IMG/VR virus record: IMGVR_UViG_3300028654_000384
Span: 1-64,000 of that record
Length of the DNA stretch: 64,000 bases
Strand: one strand, 5' to 3'
Shown here: positions 47,777-56,855 of the stretch, piece by piece
Position numbering within the stretch: the stretch's first letter is position 1
How the letters are laid out: every line of letters starts with the position of its first letter
Translations under genes and position numbers: made by a program
Notes under the pieces: model-generated
Databases searched by the model: none
The model's input: the letters and a program-made list of their open reading frames with translations, nothing else
What the model was told of the DNA's origin: nothing

Positions 47777-48688
47777 ATGGCCTACAATGCAAAGGTGCTG
47801 TGTGATAGCCTGAGTCCTGATGGCGTGCGACTCATCACGATGGAGGTGACATTCGCGAGATGTGTCCTCGCTGAGATAAATACGCATAGGGCATTTTCCC
47901 GTAACAGCGCATCATCCCGTGCAATCCCGATTGCAAAGATGTTGCAAAGAGTACAGGATGATCCTTTCATCCCCATTTATTGGGGGCGCAATCAAAGCGG
48001 GATGCAGGCGAATGAAGAGTTGACACCTGAAGCACAAGCGCTAGCACTAGAACAGTGGTTGTTGGCTCGTGATAACGCTGTGAAAACGGTGGAACGTCTT
48101 CAGTCGCCCGACATCAACCTTCACAAACAGATCGCTAATCGGCTACTAGAACCCTTTCTTTATCATACTGCAATCATAAGTGCCACCGAGTGGGGCAATT
48201 TCTGGGGCTTGCGCTGTCACCCCGCCGCGCAGCCCGAGATCAGGAAGGCCGCCGACTTGATGCGCGCCGAGTACGATGCATCGGAACCCTTTCCCGTCAA
48301 CTATGGCGACTGGCACCTGCCGCTCGTGCGCCACGCCGAGGCCTTCGACCTGCAGGTCAACGGCATGTCGCTCGACGACGTCGTCAAGGTGTCTGCGGGT
48401 AGGTGTGCCCGGGTGTCGTACCTGACTCATGCTGGGATAAGAGATCCGAAGGCCGACATTGAACTGTGCGATAGGTTGGTGAGCTCGGGCCACATGAGTC
48501 CGCTCGAGCACGTCGCTAGGCCGATGACGCGTGAAGACGCTGAGCGGTTGGTATGCGCCAGTGTTGATTTACCCGCTCGTCACTACATCGACATCAAGCA
48601 GGTGTTCTGTGGCAATTACAGAGGGTGGGTACAAGCGCGCAAGGAACTGCAACACGAGGCCGACTTCTCTGCACGTCCGTCAGTTTGA
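47777..48688 (+). CDS. thyX: FAD-dependent thymidylate synthase
   Basis: E.NTHRAFSRNSASSRAIP (ThyX motif variant), KQ.ANRLLEPF, NF.GLR and H.SP.EH. Confidence 0.9.
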   Translation: MAYNAKVLCDSLSPDGVRLITMEVTFARCVLAEINTHRAFSRNSASSRAIPIAKMLQRVQDDPFIPIYWGRNQSGMQANEELTPEAQALALEQWLLARDNAVKTVERLQSPDINLHKQIANRLLEPFLYHTAIISATEWGNFWGLRCHPAAQPEIRKAADLMRAEYDASEPFPVNYGDWHLPLVRHAEAFDLQVNGMSLDDVVKVSAGRCARVSYLTHAGIRDPKADIELCDRLVSSGHMSPLEHVARPMTREDAERLVCASVDLPARHYIDIKQVFCGNYRGWVQARKELQHEADFSARPSV

Positions 48689-48817
48689 TTATCGTTTTAG
48701 AGGGTCCTGAAATATAATTTGTTAACATATGAACAACTTGCGCTAATGACAGACGTTACATGGAATAAAGGAGCAAAGGAATACATTGATGAAAAATGCA
48801 ATAACGCTGGCATTTGA
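48685..48817 (+). pseudogene. AT-rich relic: kinase-like 5' stub plus an unrelated frame fragment
   Basis: TTG overlapping the thyX stop reads IIVLEGPEI*; a second frame reads KYNLLTYEQLALMTDVTWNKGAKEYIDEKCNNAGI*. Confidence 0.45.
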
Positions 48818-49400
48818 AGGGCCCGATCGGCACGGAAAATCGACGCAGGCCAAGTTGCTGCACGAGGCATGCCTTGCCGCTGGGTACAAGGCCATCCTCG
48901 TCAAGGTACCCACCGATTCCTGCACTCGGACGCACCGCTTGATCTACGCCATGTTGGCCAACGGTTGGGCACGCAAGGTGCCACACCTGTTTCAACTGGT
49001 GCACTTTCTCAACAAGTTGCTGTTTCAATTGCTGTACTTGCCCATCATGTTGAAGTGGTGTGACATCGTCATCCTCGATCGTTGGGCGCTGTCGGCGACG
49101 GTGTACGGTACCGTCGACGGTGCCAATCGCTGGTTCTCACGCGCGCTGTTCTCCCTGTTGAAGAAGCCCGACATCACTGTTGTTTTTCACGGTGCGCCTT
49201 TCAAGCGGGCGTCGGTCGACGATTCCTACGAGAAGGACGGCGGCTTTCAACAGCGCGTCGCGCAGGGGTACGTTGACTGGGCGATGGAACACCCGTTTGA
49301 TCACACGTTGATCAACAATCAGTTCAAGGATGTCAATGGCATTCACAGCGACATCATCACTCGACTCCTTCAACGCGGCTTGATACGTGGTGTGAAGTGA
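48789..49400 (+). CDS. tmk: Thymidylate kinase
   Basis: AFEGPDRHGKSTQ (P-loop), ILDRW..S..VYG and PD.T motifs. Confidence 0.88.
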   Translation: MKNAITLAFEGPDRHGKSTQAKLLHEACLAAGYKAILVKVPTDSCTRTHRLIYAMLANGWARKVPHLFQLVHFLNKLLFQLLYLPIMLKWCDIVILDRWALSATVYGTVDGANRWFSRALFSLLKKPDITVVFHGAPFKRASVDDSYEKDGGFQQRVAQGYVDWAMEHPFDHTLINNQFKDVNGIHSDIITRLLQRGLIRGVK

Positions 49401-50005
49401 TCTTCGATTGTCTCGTCGCCGACCCGCCTTGGGCCTTTGACGACAAGTTGGCGCGGATGAAGTCGCCCACTCGCCGCGGCGCCGCATCGCAGTACTCGAC
49501 GTTGTCGCTGGCCGACATTGCAGCACTGAAGGTGCAGGACCTGATCAATCCTGCCGGTTGTGTGCTGGCGCTGTGGGTGCCGTCAACGCTGCTGCTCGAC
49601 GGGCTCCGGGTGATGCAGGCTTGGGGGTTCTCTCCCAAGAGCACCGTCATCTGGGTCAAGACGTCAAAGAAGGCGCAGCCCATCGACGTGGCGACGGGTG
49701 ACGGCCTGGCCTTCGGCATGGGGCGGACGTTCAGGCAATCGCACGAGCTGGCGCTGATCGGCACCGCGGGTAAGAGCGTCTATCCGACGATGCAGGATCA
49801 CTCGCAGCGGTCGGTCATCTTTGCGCCCAACATGGGCCATAGCCAGAAGCCCGATGAGCTGCAACTGCGCCTCGAGAAAATGTGGCCTGACGCTCAGAGG
49901 TTGGAACTGTTCGCCCGGCGCTCGCTGCTCAATTGGACGTGCGTGGGCGATGGAATTGACGGCCTCGACATTCGCGACGCTATACAAAAGCTCACAGCGC
50001 TGTAA
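49397..50005 (+). CDS. MT-A70-family N6-adenine methyltransferase
   Basis: ADPPW.F, LALWV, WGF, WVK, HS.KP and LELFAR motifs. Confidence 0.88.
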   Translation: MIFDCLVADPPWAFDDKLARMKSPTRRGAASQYSTLSLADIAALKVQDLINPAGCVLALWVPSTLLLDGLRVMQAWGFSPKSTVIWVKTSKKAQPIDVATGDGLAFGMGRTFRQSHELALIGTAGKSVYPTMQDHSQRSVIFAPNMGHSQKPDELQLRLEKMWPDAQRLELFARRSLLNWTCVGDGIDGLDIRDAIQKLTAL

Positions 50006-50008
50006 GAT
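49980..50008 (+). promoter_or_regulatory. Leaderless promoter CTATAC-17-TAAGAT
   Basis: 6 nt before ATG 50015; TAAGATCTGCACATG resembles TAGGATCTGCACATG at 25044. Confidence 0.55.
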
Positions 50009-50014
50009 CTGCAC

Positions 50015-50323
50015 ATGAAACGAGATTACTCAAAGCGCACGAGCACGATGTACGATGATCGTGACGGCGACACCTTGACGACGTTGAGCGCGCCTCTCAT
50101 CAAGACGTGTGACAGCGAGAAGCCCATCATGACGTTCTTCTTGATGCCGGTGTCGGGGACGGTGCCGACGTCACAGCATGGACAACCCGCGATTGGTTTT
50201 GAAATCATCGGTTACGTGAGACTGGACGCATTATCGAGGGACCTGCAGGCCGCCGTCCGCAAAGAGCTACATACCCGCCCACCAACCGCGCCATTGGGCA
50301 CGCGCACAGGAGATGCAGGATGA
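50015..50323 (+). CDS. Hypothetical protein
   Basis: Promoter directly upstream; ATGA overlap downstream. Confidence 0.55.
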   Translation: MKRDYSKRTSTMYDDRDGDTLTTLSAPLIKTCDSEKPIMTFFLMPVSGTVPTSQHGQPAIGFEIIGYVRLDALSRDLQAAVRKELHTRPPTAPLGTRTGDAG

Positions 50324-50826
50324 CATGTGTAGTCAGTGCTGTTGATGGTGATAAAGTCGTGATGATGGGTGATCATTCCTATATGCAGACGGATCATCAT
50401 ACCATGAATGGTTGCAAAAAGGTCTTAAAGTCGGGTGAATTCATATGTGGTTTTGCAGGGTTTATTGACCCTGCAATGGCAACACTTAATGCCATTGAAA
50501 AAACACCGCTAATTGGGAAAACGCTTGACGAGCGCCGGAATGAATTACTTGCTAGATTTAATAAAGTTCAACCTGTACGTGCCAATAACACCTATCTAGT
50601 GGGACACAAAGGTAAGCTCTACACCGTTCTACCTAACACTGTGTTAGAGTCGAATGTTGGTTTCATTGGATCAGACGTAAATCTGTACGCAATCGTGTAT
50701 AAATACGCCATCGCGAGGGGCGACAGCGTGAAAGTTGCGCTGGCATCAACAATCGTGTTTGCCGCAGATTATCTGCCTAGATATGTAGTTCTCGATCATG
50801 AAGGACCAACGATTGAAGAAGTTTGA
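50320..50826 (+). CDS. Ntn-hydrolase / HslV-like peptidase (divergent)
   Basis: M-T-C-V-V-S start with Thr2, MGD, KKV....ICGFAG; AT-rich. Confidence 0.5.
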   Translation: MTCVVSAVDGDKVVMMGDHSYMQTDHHTMNGCKKVLKSGEFICGFAGFIDPAMATLNAIEKTPLIGKTLDERRNELLARFNKVQPVRANNTYLVGHKGKLYTVLPNTVLESNVGFIGSDVNLYAIVYKYAIARGDSVKVALASTIVFAADYLPRYVVLDHEGPTIEEV

Positions 50827-51613
50827 CGGCGTTCGCTTCTATGGCTACAAGCACTGGACGCTTGAGGCAGTGCCGCGTTGTTTCAACGTGGGCAAGGGTG
50901 TTATAGGTCGTTCTGACGTTGACCGTGGGCGTAATCACAAGTGGCACGCCATGGTCAAACGCCTTGGTCTCCGTGTTGAGGTCTGCATCGGCCCGGTGAC
51001 CAATGAAGAGGCATGTGCTTGGGAGATTGAGTGGATTGCTAAGGAGAACACTTTCTCAACCAACCACTCACATGATGATCCCAATGACATCGGATGCAAT
51101 TTCACGAAGGGTGGTGGGGGCGTTGTAGGACGTCCTCAAACAGATGAAGAACGTCGTAAACGGCGCGCAAGTTTGAAAGTTACATATGAATCGCCTGAAC
51201 TTCGTCAAGGGCAAAGTGCATTGCAGAAGGATCACTGGTCAGACGATGAACGTAAGCAAGCGCATGTTCGTGGTATTAAGGCTCAAGCGAACACCCCTGA
51301 AACGTTGGCGAAGAAAAGAGCGGCTACAACGAAGAGTTGGGAAAATGAAGAGACGCGGCAAAAGCATGAGGCGGGCAATGCTCGACGTTGGAGCGATCCT
51401 GCTGAACGAGAACGTCATGGTAAGGCAATACAATTGGCTGCTCAGGCTCCCGGCGCTAGAGAACGACGTGTACAAGCCGCGCGTGAAATCAATAGTCGTC
51501 CTGAGGTCAAACGCATAAAGAGCGCAAAGATGACAGCAATATGGGTTATACGCAAAGTCAAGGCGTTTAGAGAAAAATCACACACGTGGCTTACACATCA
51601 ACGCAAGGTGTAG
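50798..51613 (+). mobile_element. GIY-YIG-like homing endonuclease
   Basis: FYGYKH....FNVGKG...R, A..WE..WI, NFTKGGGG; basic helical repeats; start uncertain. Confidence 0.7.
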
Positions 51614-51625
51614 TAGAGATAGAAT

Positions 51626-51895
51626 ATGGAAAATGAGTTCAAGTTCGCAGACGAAGTGTTTCACCGCCTCGTGCAGATCGTTCAGGAGGCGCTACTGTCC
51701 GGCGTCGACTGCGCCGATCTCCTCCGCCAGATCCGCGTCACCGTGGGTGATGCGGGTGACTTGGTGCTGACATCAGCGTATCAACAGCAGGTCAAGGAGA
51801 TGCACGACAAGATGTTGGAACACGCTCGCGAGCTGCAATCTGTGCAGGCGGGCAACAAGTTCATCGTGCCGGGTGGCAACGACGGTAACAACTGA
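51626..51895 (+). CDS. Hypothetical protein
   Basis: IVQEALL.G.D.AD.LRQI; typical codon usage. Confidence 0.65.
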   Translation: MENEFKFADEVFHRLVQIVQEALLSGVDCADLLRQIRVTVGDAGDLVLTSAYQQQVKEMHDKMLEHARELQSVQAGNKFIVPGGNDGNN

Positions 51896-51896
51896 C

Positions 51897-52271
51897 ATGA
51901 GCGCCCCCATCGACATGCGTGTCCTCTGGGAGCAACAGTTGGCCTTCATGCGCCTGCTGCAGGAGAAGCGCAACTGGCCTCAATTCCCAGTTGACATCTC
52001 GACGAAGCAGGGGCAGACGCTGTTGCACGACATCCGCCATCACATCATGGATGAATTGTTCGAGGCGGGTCAGCACCTGAAGAACGCCAAGGCCCACCGG
52101 GCGACTGAGGTGCCTGAAGTCGACCGTGAAGCCTACAAGGAAGAACTTGTCGACGCCCTCCACCTGTACTTCGAGCTTGTCATTGCCAGCGGCATCTCGA
52201 TTGAAGAGTTGGCTGACGCCTACATGAAAAAAGGTGAAGTCAATGTTGAACGTATCATGCGCGGATATTAG
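51897..52271 (+). CDS. Dimeric dUTPase / MazG-like NTP pyrophosphatase
   Basis: MDELFE, KEELVDALH and Y..K..VN..R motifs. Confidence 0.75.
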   Translation: MSAPIDMRVLWEQQLAFMRLLQEKRNWPQFPVDISTKQGQTLLHDIRHHIMDELFEAGQHLKNAKAHRATEVPEVDREAYKEELVDALHLYFELVIASGISIEELADAYMKKGEVNVERIMRGY

Positions 52272-52287
52272 GTGACGCCAACTGAAG

Positions 52288-52317
52288 GTGAACTTGTGAC
52301 CGCACCGGTGTTACCAT
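52288..52317 (+). promoter_or_regulatory. Leaderless promoter GTGAAC-18-TACCAT
   Basis: 6 nt before ATG 52324. Confidence 0.5.
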
Positions 52318-52323
52318 TGAGGA

Positions 52324-52758
52324 ATGGCACCGAGCAAAGGTTCTTTCAACTACGACTGGTTGGGCGACATGGCTGAGTCGTTCAACAACATGTTTTCACA
52401 GTCTAAGATGTCAACGACGGTGACGGAGACGACTGAAGAGGACAACACGCCGGGCACCTATCGCAATGGTCCTGGCTACCACACCACGAAAGACGCGACG
52501 GGCATGACGTTGGTCATTGACCTGCCCGGTGTCGATCCCACGGGACTCGAGGTGTGGGCCGAAGGTGAGAGCGTCATCGTCGTCAGTGGCAAGAAAGTCG
52601 GCGGCAAGAACGCCTCTTTCACCGCACGTTATCGGCTCGACATCGGTTATAGTACGTTCGCAGCGACGGCGGAAGCGAAGTTAGGCCAACTCCACATCCG
52701 TGTTTTCACGGCATCTCCTTTTGTTACCGTGAAGCCAATTCCCATCGACATCAAGTGA
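52324..52758 (+). CDS. Small heat-shock protein (Hsp20-like)
   Basis: IDLPGV....LEV......V.G...F..RY.L......A....G.L.I. Confidence 0.7.
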   Translation: MAPSKGSFNYDWLGDMAESFNNMFSQSKMSTTVTETTEEDNTPGTYRNGPGYHTTKDATGMTLVIDLPGVDPTGLEVWAEGESVIVVSGKKVGGKNASFTARYRLDIGYSTFAATAEAKLGQLHIRVFTASPFVTVKPIPIDIK

Positions 52759-53369
52759 TGCAGCCCTTCATCGTCGACCCGGCGACCTACGACAAGCGGC
52801 AGGCCTTCGACGCTGCGTTGGTCTACGTCAAGGCCTTCCTCGACCTCAACGGCATCGCACCCGTCACCGAGTACCTGACGGAGCCCGATGACGCCAAGAA
52901 GCCACCTGGGAAGAACCCGTGGCACGATCGCGGTTGGTACTGGTTCGGCACCGTCTTCGTCAACCTAAAGAAGACGCGGACGCCCGTCAAGGTGCCCGGC
53001 TTTCAATGGTCTTATACGGGTTACAAGGCCGACCTCACCACACCCGGAGTGCTGGCCCACGAGGTCGGTCACCACGTGCACTTTGAGCTCGACCGCGTGC
53101 GTGGCGAACACGTGCTGGGCAAAGTGCGTGCAGTTTACGCGATTGAACCACCAGTGTCTGGCTATGAACCCAACCCGTACGAGGTCTTCGCTGAGTCGAT
53201 GCGACTGTTCATCCTCAACCCGATGTTGCTAGCCGAGGGTCGCCCTGAGCGGTACAGCATGTTGATCAAGCTGAACCTGCAACCACTACACCATGCACCG
53301 TGGCGCGAGGTGTTGGTAAACGCTCATCCGAAGATCATCGCGGCGGCCGAGAGGTGGATTGAACGATGA
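52755..53369 (+). CDS. Zincin-like metallopeptidase
   Basis: LAHEVGHHVH followed by EVFAES.R. Confidence 0.65.
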   Translation: MMQPFIVDPATYDKRQAFDAALVYVKAFLDLNGIAPVTEYLTEPDDAKKPPGKNPWHDRGWYWFGTVFVNLKKTRTPVKVPGFQWSYTGYKADLTTPGVLAHEVGHHVHFELDRVRGEHVLGKVRAVYAIEPPVSGYEPNPYEVFAESMRLFILNPMLLAEGRPERYSMLIKLNLQPLHHAPWREVLVNAHPKIIAAAERWIER

Positions 53370-54385
53370 ACTTCGACATTGACGCACGGACGATCCTGCA
53401 GGTTCGGCACGGCTCACACGCCTACGGCCTCAACACCCCCACGTCCGACCTCGACATCAAGGGTGTTTGCGTCAAGCCCAAGAGCGCGTACCTCGGTTTC
53501 ACGCAGCGCTTCGAGCAGCAGGAGCACATAGGTGGTAAGGACGCCAGTGATGGCGTCGATAAGGTCACCTTCTCGCTCGACAAGTTCGCCGCACTGGCCG
53601 CCGACTGCAACCCGAACATCATCGAGATCCTGTGGGTCGACGACAGCGACGTGCTGAAGTCAGATGCCTTCGGTGATGAGCTGCGTGGCCTGCGCGCGGA
53701 CTTCTTGTCGAAGAAAGCGCGGCACACATTTAGCGGCTACGCCTTTGCGCAGTTGAAGCGCATCAAGTCCCACCGTGTGTGGCTCTTGAACCCGCCGTCT
53801 GCACCGCCTACACGTGAACAGTTCGGTCTGACGGAGCTGACGAAAGTCAGCAAGTCTGAGATCGGCGCCTTCGACTCGCTATTCAACCTGCACACCGTCG
53901 ATGATGAAGCCACGTCGGCCGAGCGCATCGGTGAGATCGTTGAGACTGCACGCAGCGTCCTCAATGTCGAGCTACCCAAGGACGTCATCACCCTGTTCAC
54001 CCGGGAGAAGGCGTACCGAGCGGCACTAGCCCACTGGGAGCAGTACCTCACGTGGAAAAAGGCACGTAACCCAAAGCGGGCCGAACTCGAGGCCAAGTTC
54101 GGGTACGATACCAAGCACGGCATGCACCTTTGGAGGCTGATGCGCATGTGCAAGGAGATCTTGATGACGGGCAGGGTGCTAGTTAAGCGGCCAGATCGCG
54201 AAGACCTATTGCGTGTCCGCAATGGTGACGTCAGCTACGATGAGTTGATTGAGCAGGCCGATCGCCTCGAGGTCGAGTGCGATGAGTTGTACCAGACGTC
54301 GTCGCTACCTCGTGAACCCAACCGAGCCTACCTCGATAGGTGCATCGTCGACATGACCGATCGCTACCTGACGCTGCACGGTTAA
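53366..54385 (+). CDS. Nucleotidyltransferase (Pol-beta superfamily, RNA-repair-associated type)
   Basis: GSHAYGLNTPTSDLDIKGV, NPNIIEILW, GYA..QL and YD.KH.MHL.RL motifs. Confidence 0.85.
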   Translation: MNFDIDARTILQVRHGSHAYGLNTPTSDLDIKGVCVKPKSAYLGFTQRFEQQEHIGGKDASDGVDKVTFSLDKFAALAADCNPNIIEILWVDDSDVLKSDAFGDELRGLRADFLSKKARHTFSGYAFAQLKRIKSHRVWLLNPPSAPPTREQFGLTELTKVSKSEIGAFDSLFNLHTVDDEATSAERIGEIVETARSVLNVELPKDVITLFTREKAYRAALAHWEQYLTWKKARNPKRAELEAKFGYDTKHGMHLWRLMRMCKEILMTGRVLVKRPDREDLLRVRNGDVSYDELIEQADRLEVECDELYQTSSLPREPNRAYLDRCIVDMTDRYLTLHG

Positions 54386-54410
54386 ACACGGCCCCACACC
54401 GGTGTACTGT
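54382..54410 (+). promoter_or_regulatory. Promoter TTAAAC-17-TACTGT
   Basis: The -35 contains the upstream TAA stop; ATG 54419 follows. Confidence 0.5.
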
Positions 54411-54418
54411 GTGATCAG

Positions 54419-54910
54419 ATGTTGTTCATTGTCGTCTTTGCCGTGTCACTGCTCACTGCGACATTCTTCGGCCACGCGATTCACTGGGCCCTGCACCAAC
54501 GCTGGTCGCGGGTCTTCAATCGGGCCCACATGGAACATCATTGTGATTTGTACCCTCCCGGTCGCCTGTCGTCCGACAAGTACCGCCTACCACGCTGGTA
54601 CCACCGCGGGGCCTTGCTCTTTACGCCGCCACTCCTCATTATTCTGGCGACGGCGGGTGGGCTGTTGTGGTTGCTGGGTGCGCCGTGGTGGACGTTGGTC
54701 GTCTTTGGCATCGTCTTGATTGGCTTCGGCCTCTTCAACGATGCGGCCCACGACACCATGCACATCAGGCAGTACCCGCTGATGAAGCACAGGTGGTACC
54801 GTAACATGCGGAAACTGCACTACCTGCATCACGTCGACATGAAGACAAACTTCGGCATCGTGAGTTTCACCTGGGATAAAGTGTTCAGGACGTTCGCTGA
54901 TAAACGCTGA
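54419..54910 (+). CDS. Fatty-acid hydroxylase / sterol desaturase superfamily protein
   Basis: HWALH, HMEHH, HDTMH and HYLHH histidine boxes, NFG, and transmembrane helices. Confidence 0.85.
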   Translation: MLFIVVFAVSLLTATFFGHAIHWALHQRWSRVFNRAHMEHHCDLYPPGRLSSDKYRLPRWYHRGALLFTPPLLIILATAGGLLWLLGAPWWTLVVFGIVLIGFGLFNDAAHDTMHIRQYPLMKHRWYRNMRKLHYLHHVDMKTNFGIVSFTWDKVFRTFADKR

Positions 54911-54932
54911 CGCACACGAACGCAGTGACAAC

Positions 54933-55226
54933 ATGAAACCCGGTGACCTCATCGAGTGGTTTTACAAGTTGAACGGCGACGTCGTTCATCCTCGTGAAAC
55001 GTTGTGGTCGTCGATTGAGCAGCGCTACGTGCCCATCGGGGGCACCCACCTGTTGGTCAGCATCGTCAACGGTGAGCTGACCTTCCTCACTTTGGGGGCA
55101 CAATGTAAGGGGTTGCTCCGCGCGCACGAGGATGATCTAGTGAGCGCGTCGGACTTCGAGGCATCGTGGCGGATTGCTCCACGCGTGAGTGAGTGTAAAG
55201 TGTTGGTGCCTCGTGGTAGGATGTAG
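54933..55226 (+). CDS. Small 'PGDLIEW' family protein, copy C
   Basis: Gapless paralog of 33251-33514. Confidence 0.7.
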   Translation: MKPGDLIEWFYKLNGDVVHPRETLWSSIEQRYVPIGGTHLLVSIVNGELTFLTLGAQCKGLLRAHEDDLVSASDFEASWRIAPRVSECKVLVPRGRM

Positions 55227-55230
55227 CTAG

Positions 55231-55488
55231 ATGTGTCCCTATCGCTATGCGCTGCAGCCGTCGTCGGTGCCCCGTCCTCGACGTACCCTATTGGGTCGTT
55301 ACAGGACGTTCTGCCGGCGCGTCGAAGTCTTCTTCGGTCGCCTGCACTTGGGCCGCCTGAAGCGAGACACCTGCTTTGCGTGCGGCAAGCGAGAACCGGG
55401 ACCTGCGAATCGTACGTCACGGCACCGAGATTTTCCTGACCTGTACGACTGTGGTTGCATTGAGAGGAGTTGCTCACATGATCGCTGA
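55231..55488 (+). CDS. Hypothetical Cys-containing basic protein
   Basis: ATG 8 nt after TAGGAT; CFAC and CGC. Confidence 0.45.
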   Translation: MCPYRYALQPSSVPRPRRTLLGRYRTFCRRVEVFFGRLHLGRLKRDTCFACGKREPGPANRTSRHRDFPDLYDCGCIERSCSHDR

Positions 55489-56011
55489 AGTTGACCCGAA
55501 GTTGCTCTCGATCGCCGCCGCGTTCATCGGCGCGCGCCTGCAGCACGTGCTGCCACGCTGTAATAGCCGCCACCTTGGCCCGGTGTCGACGATCAGCGTT
55601 GAGCAATACAAGAGCAAGTTCAATTACGTACGCATCTATTGCACTCTGGCTGATCCCGACCTGGTGCAGGCAAAGGCTGAGGCCGCCGGGTTCGCAGTCG
55701 ACGCCCTCTTCACGGCCACGTGCCTCAGGCGCGACGCCATGTTCTACCGCCAGTGTTACCTCGACATGGTGACGTTGATGCCGCACCTGCGTGAGGCGAT
55801 CTGTTCGCAGGCCGACTACTACGAGCTGTTGTTCGCCGACGTCGCTGAGCTGCATGCTCACCTCGATGAGTTAGCAATACCTGATCCGAAGGTGATCAAC
55901 AAGTTCGAGCACTATTTCAGGCGGTACGGCGTTGATAGCGTCGACAAGCTGAAGGAGCTGCTGGCATCGTTCTACCCGCCGCCCTCACGCGATACGACTG
56001 TCAACCGCTGA
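55478..56011 (+). CDS. Hypothetical protein
   Basis: SD GAGGAG before ATG 55478; EQYKSKFNYVRIY motif. Confidence 0.65.
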   Translation: MIAEVDPKLLSIAAAFIGARLQHVLPRCNSRHLGPVSTISVEQYKSKFNYVRIYCTLADPDLVQAKAEAAGFAVDALFTATCLRRDAMFYRQCYLDMVTLMPHLREAICSQADYYELLFADVAELHAHLDELAIPDPKVINKFEHYFRRYGVDSVDKLKELLASFYPPPSRDTTVNR

Positions 56012-56036
56012 ACAACATCGCCGCGTGGTGTACGAT
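56008..56036 (+). promoter_or_regulatory. Leaderless promoter CTGAAC-17-TACGAT
   Basis: The -35 contains the upstream TGA stop; 6 nt to ATG 56043. Confidence 0.7.
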
Positions 56037-56042
56037 TGTAAC

Positions 56043-56855
56043 ATGACACAATTCGCGTGGGCAACTGATTGCCATCTCGATCACTTGGGTGACGACAATC
56101 AACACTTGATCAAGTTCGCCGAGTCGCTGATCAAGAGCAACCCGACGGGCGTCTTCTTGACAGGCGACATCTCCGTCGCGCGCAAGCTGGTCTTTCACCT
56201 GTCGGCGATCGAGAAGGTGGTGCAGCGACCCATCTATGTCGTGTTGGGCAACCACGATTACTACGGGAGTTCGATTGAGCACGTCCGCAAGATGATGCGA
56301 GAGCTGACCAACGTCAGTCCCTTCATCCGCTACATGCCGACGATGCCCTACTTTTCCCTGACGCAGGCAACGGGCATCGTCGGCCATGATGGCTGGTACG
56401 ACGGCTACATCGGTGACTGGCAGAACAGCTCGTTCAACATGACTGATTGGACTGCAATTCACGACTTCTTGCCCGTCAACGGTGCCAAGTCGACGATCGT
56501 CGGGCTGGCCCGTAAATTGGCCCACGAGGGCGTCCTCCACATGCAGAACGGCATCAAGCAGGCCGTCAAGTACCACAAGCACATCGTCGTCCTCACCCAC
56601 TACCCGCCCTTTGCCGAGGCCCACGTGCACGAAGGTCACCCGGGCGAACAGAGCGTCATGCCATTCTTCACCAGCAAGATGTGCGGTGACATGCTGATGG
56701 CGGCATCGAAGGCGTACCCGAACGTCAATTTCAACGTCTTCGCCGGTCACACACACGGGAAGGTCGACTTGAAAATCACGCCGAATTTGTCTGTCCACGT
56801 GGGCGCCGCGACCTACGGCAAACCCGAACTGCAGGGGCTGGTCGACGTCGCATGA
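56043..56855 (+). CDS. Calcineurin-like metallophosphoesterase
   Basis: TDCHL, TGDI, LGNHDYY, THYPP and GHTH motifs. Confidence 0.9.
   Translation: MTQFAWATDCHLDHLGDDNQHLIKFAESLIKSNPTGVFLTGDISVARKLVFHLSAIEKVVQRPIYVVLGNHDYYGSSIEHVRKMMRELTNVSPFIRYMPTMPYFSLTQATGIVGHDGWYDGYIGDWQNSSFNMTDWTAIHDFLPVNGAKSTIVGLARKLAHEGVLHMQNGIKQAVKYHKHIVVLTHYPPFAEAHVHEGHPGEQSVMPFFTSKMCGDMLMAASKAYPNVNFNVFAGHTHGKVDLKITPNLSVHVGAATYGKPELQGLVDVA

Noticed and set aside
6035-48688. Inteins or group I introns in the sheath genes, recA, dnaB, nrdJ or thyX
   Set aside because: The proteins are of normal length with contiguous motifs, and the endonuclease genes start after intact stop codons.
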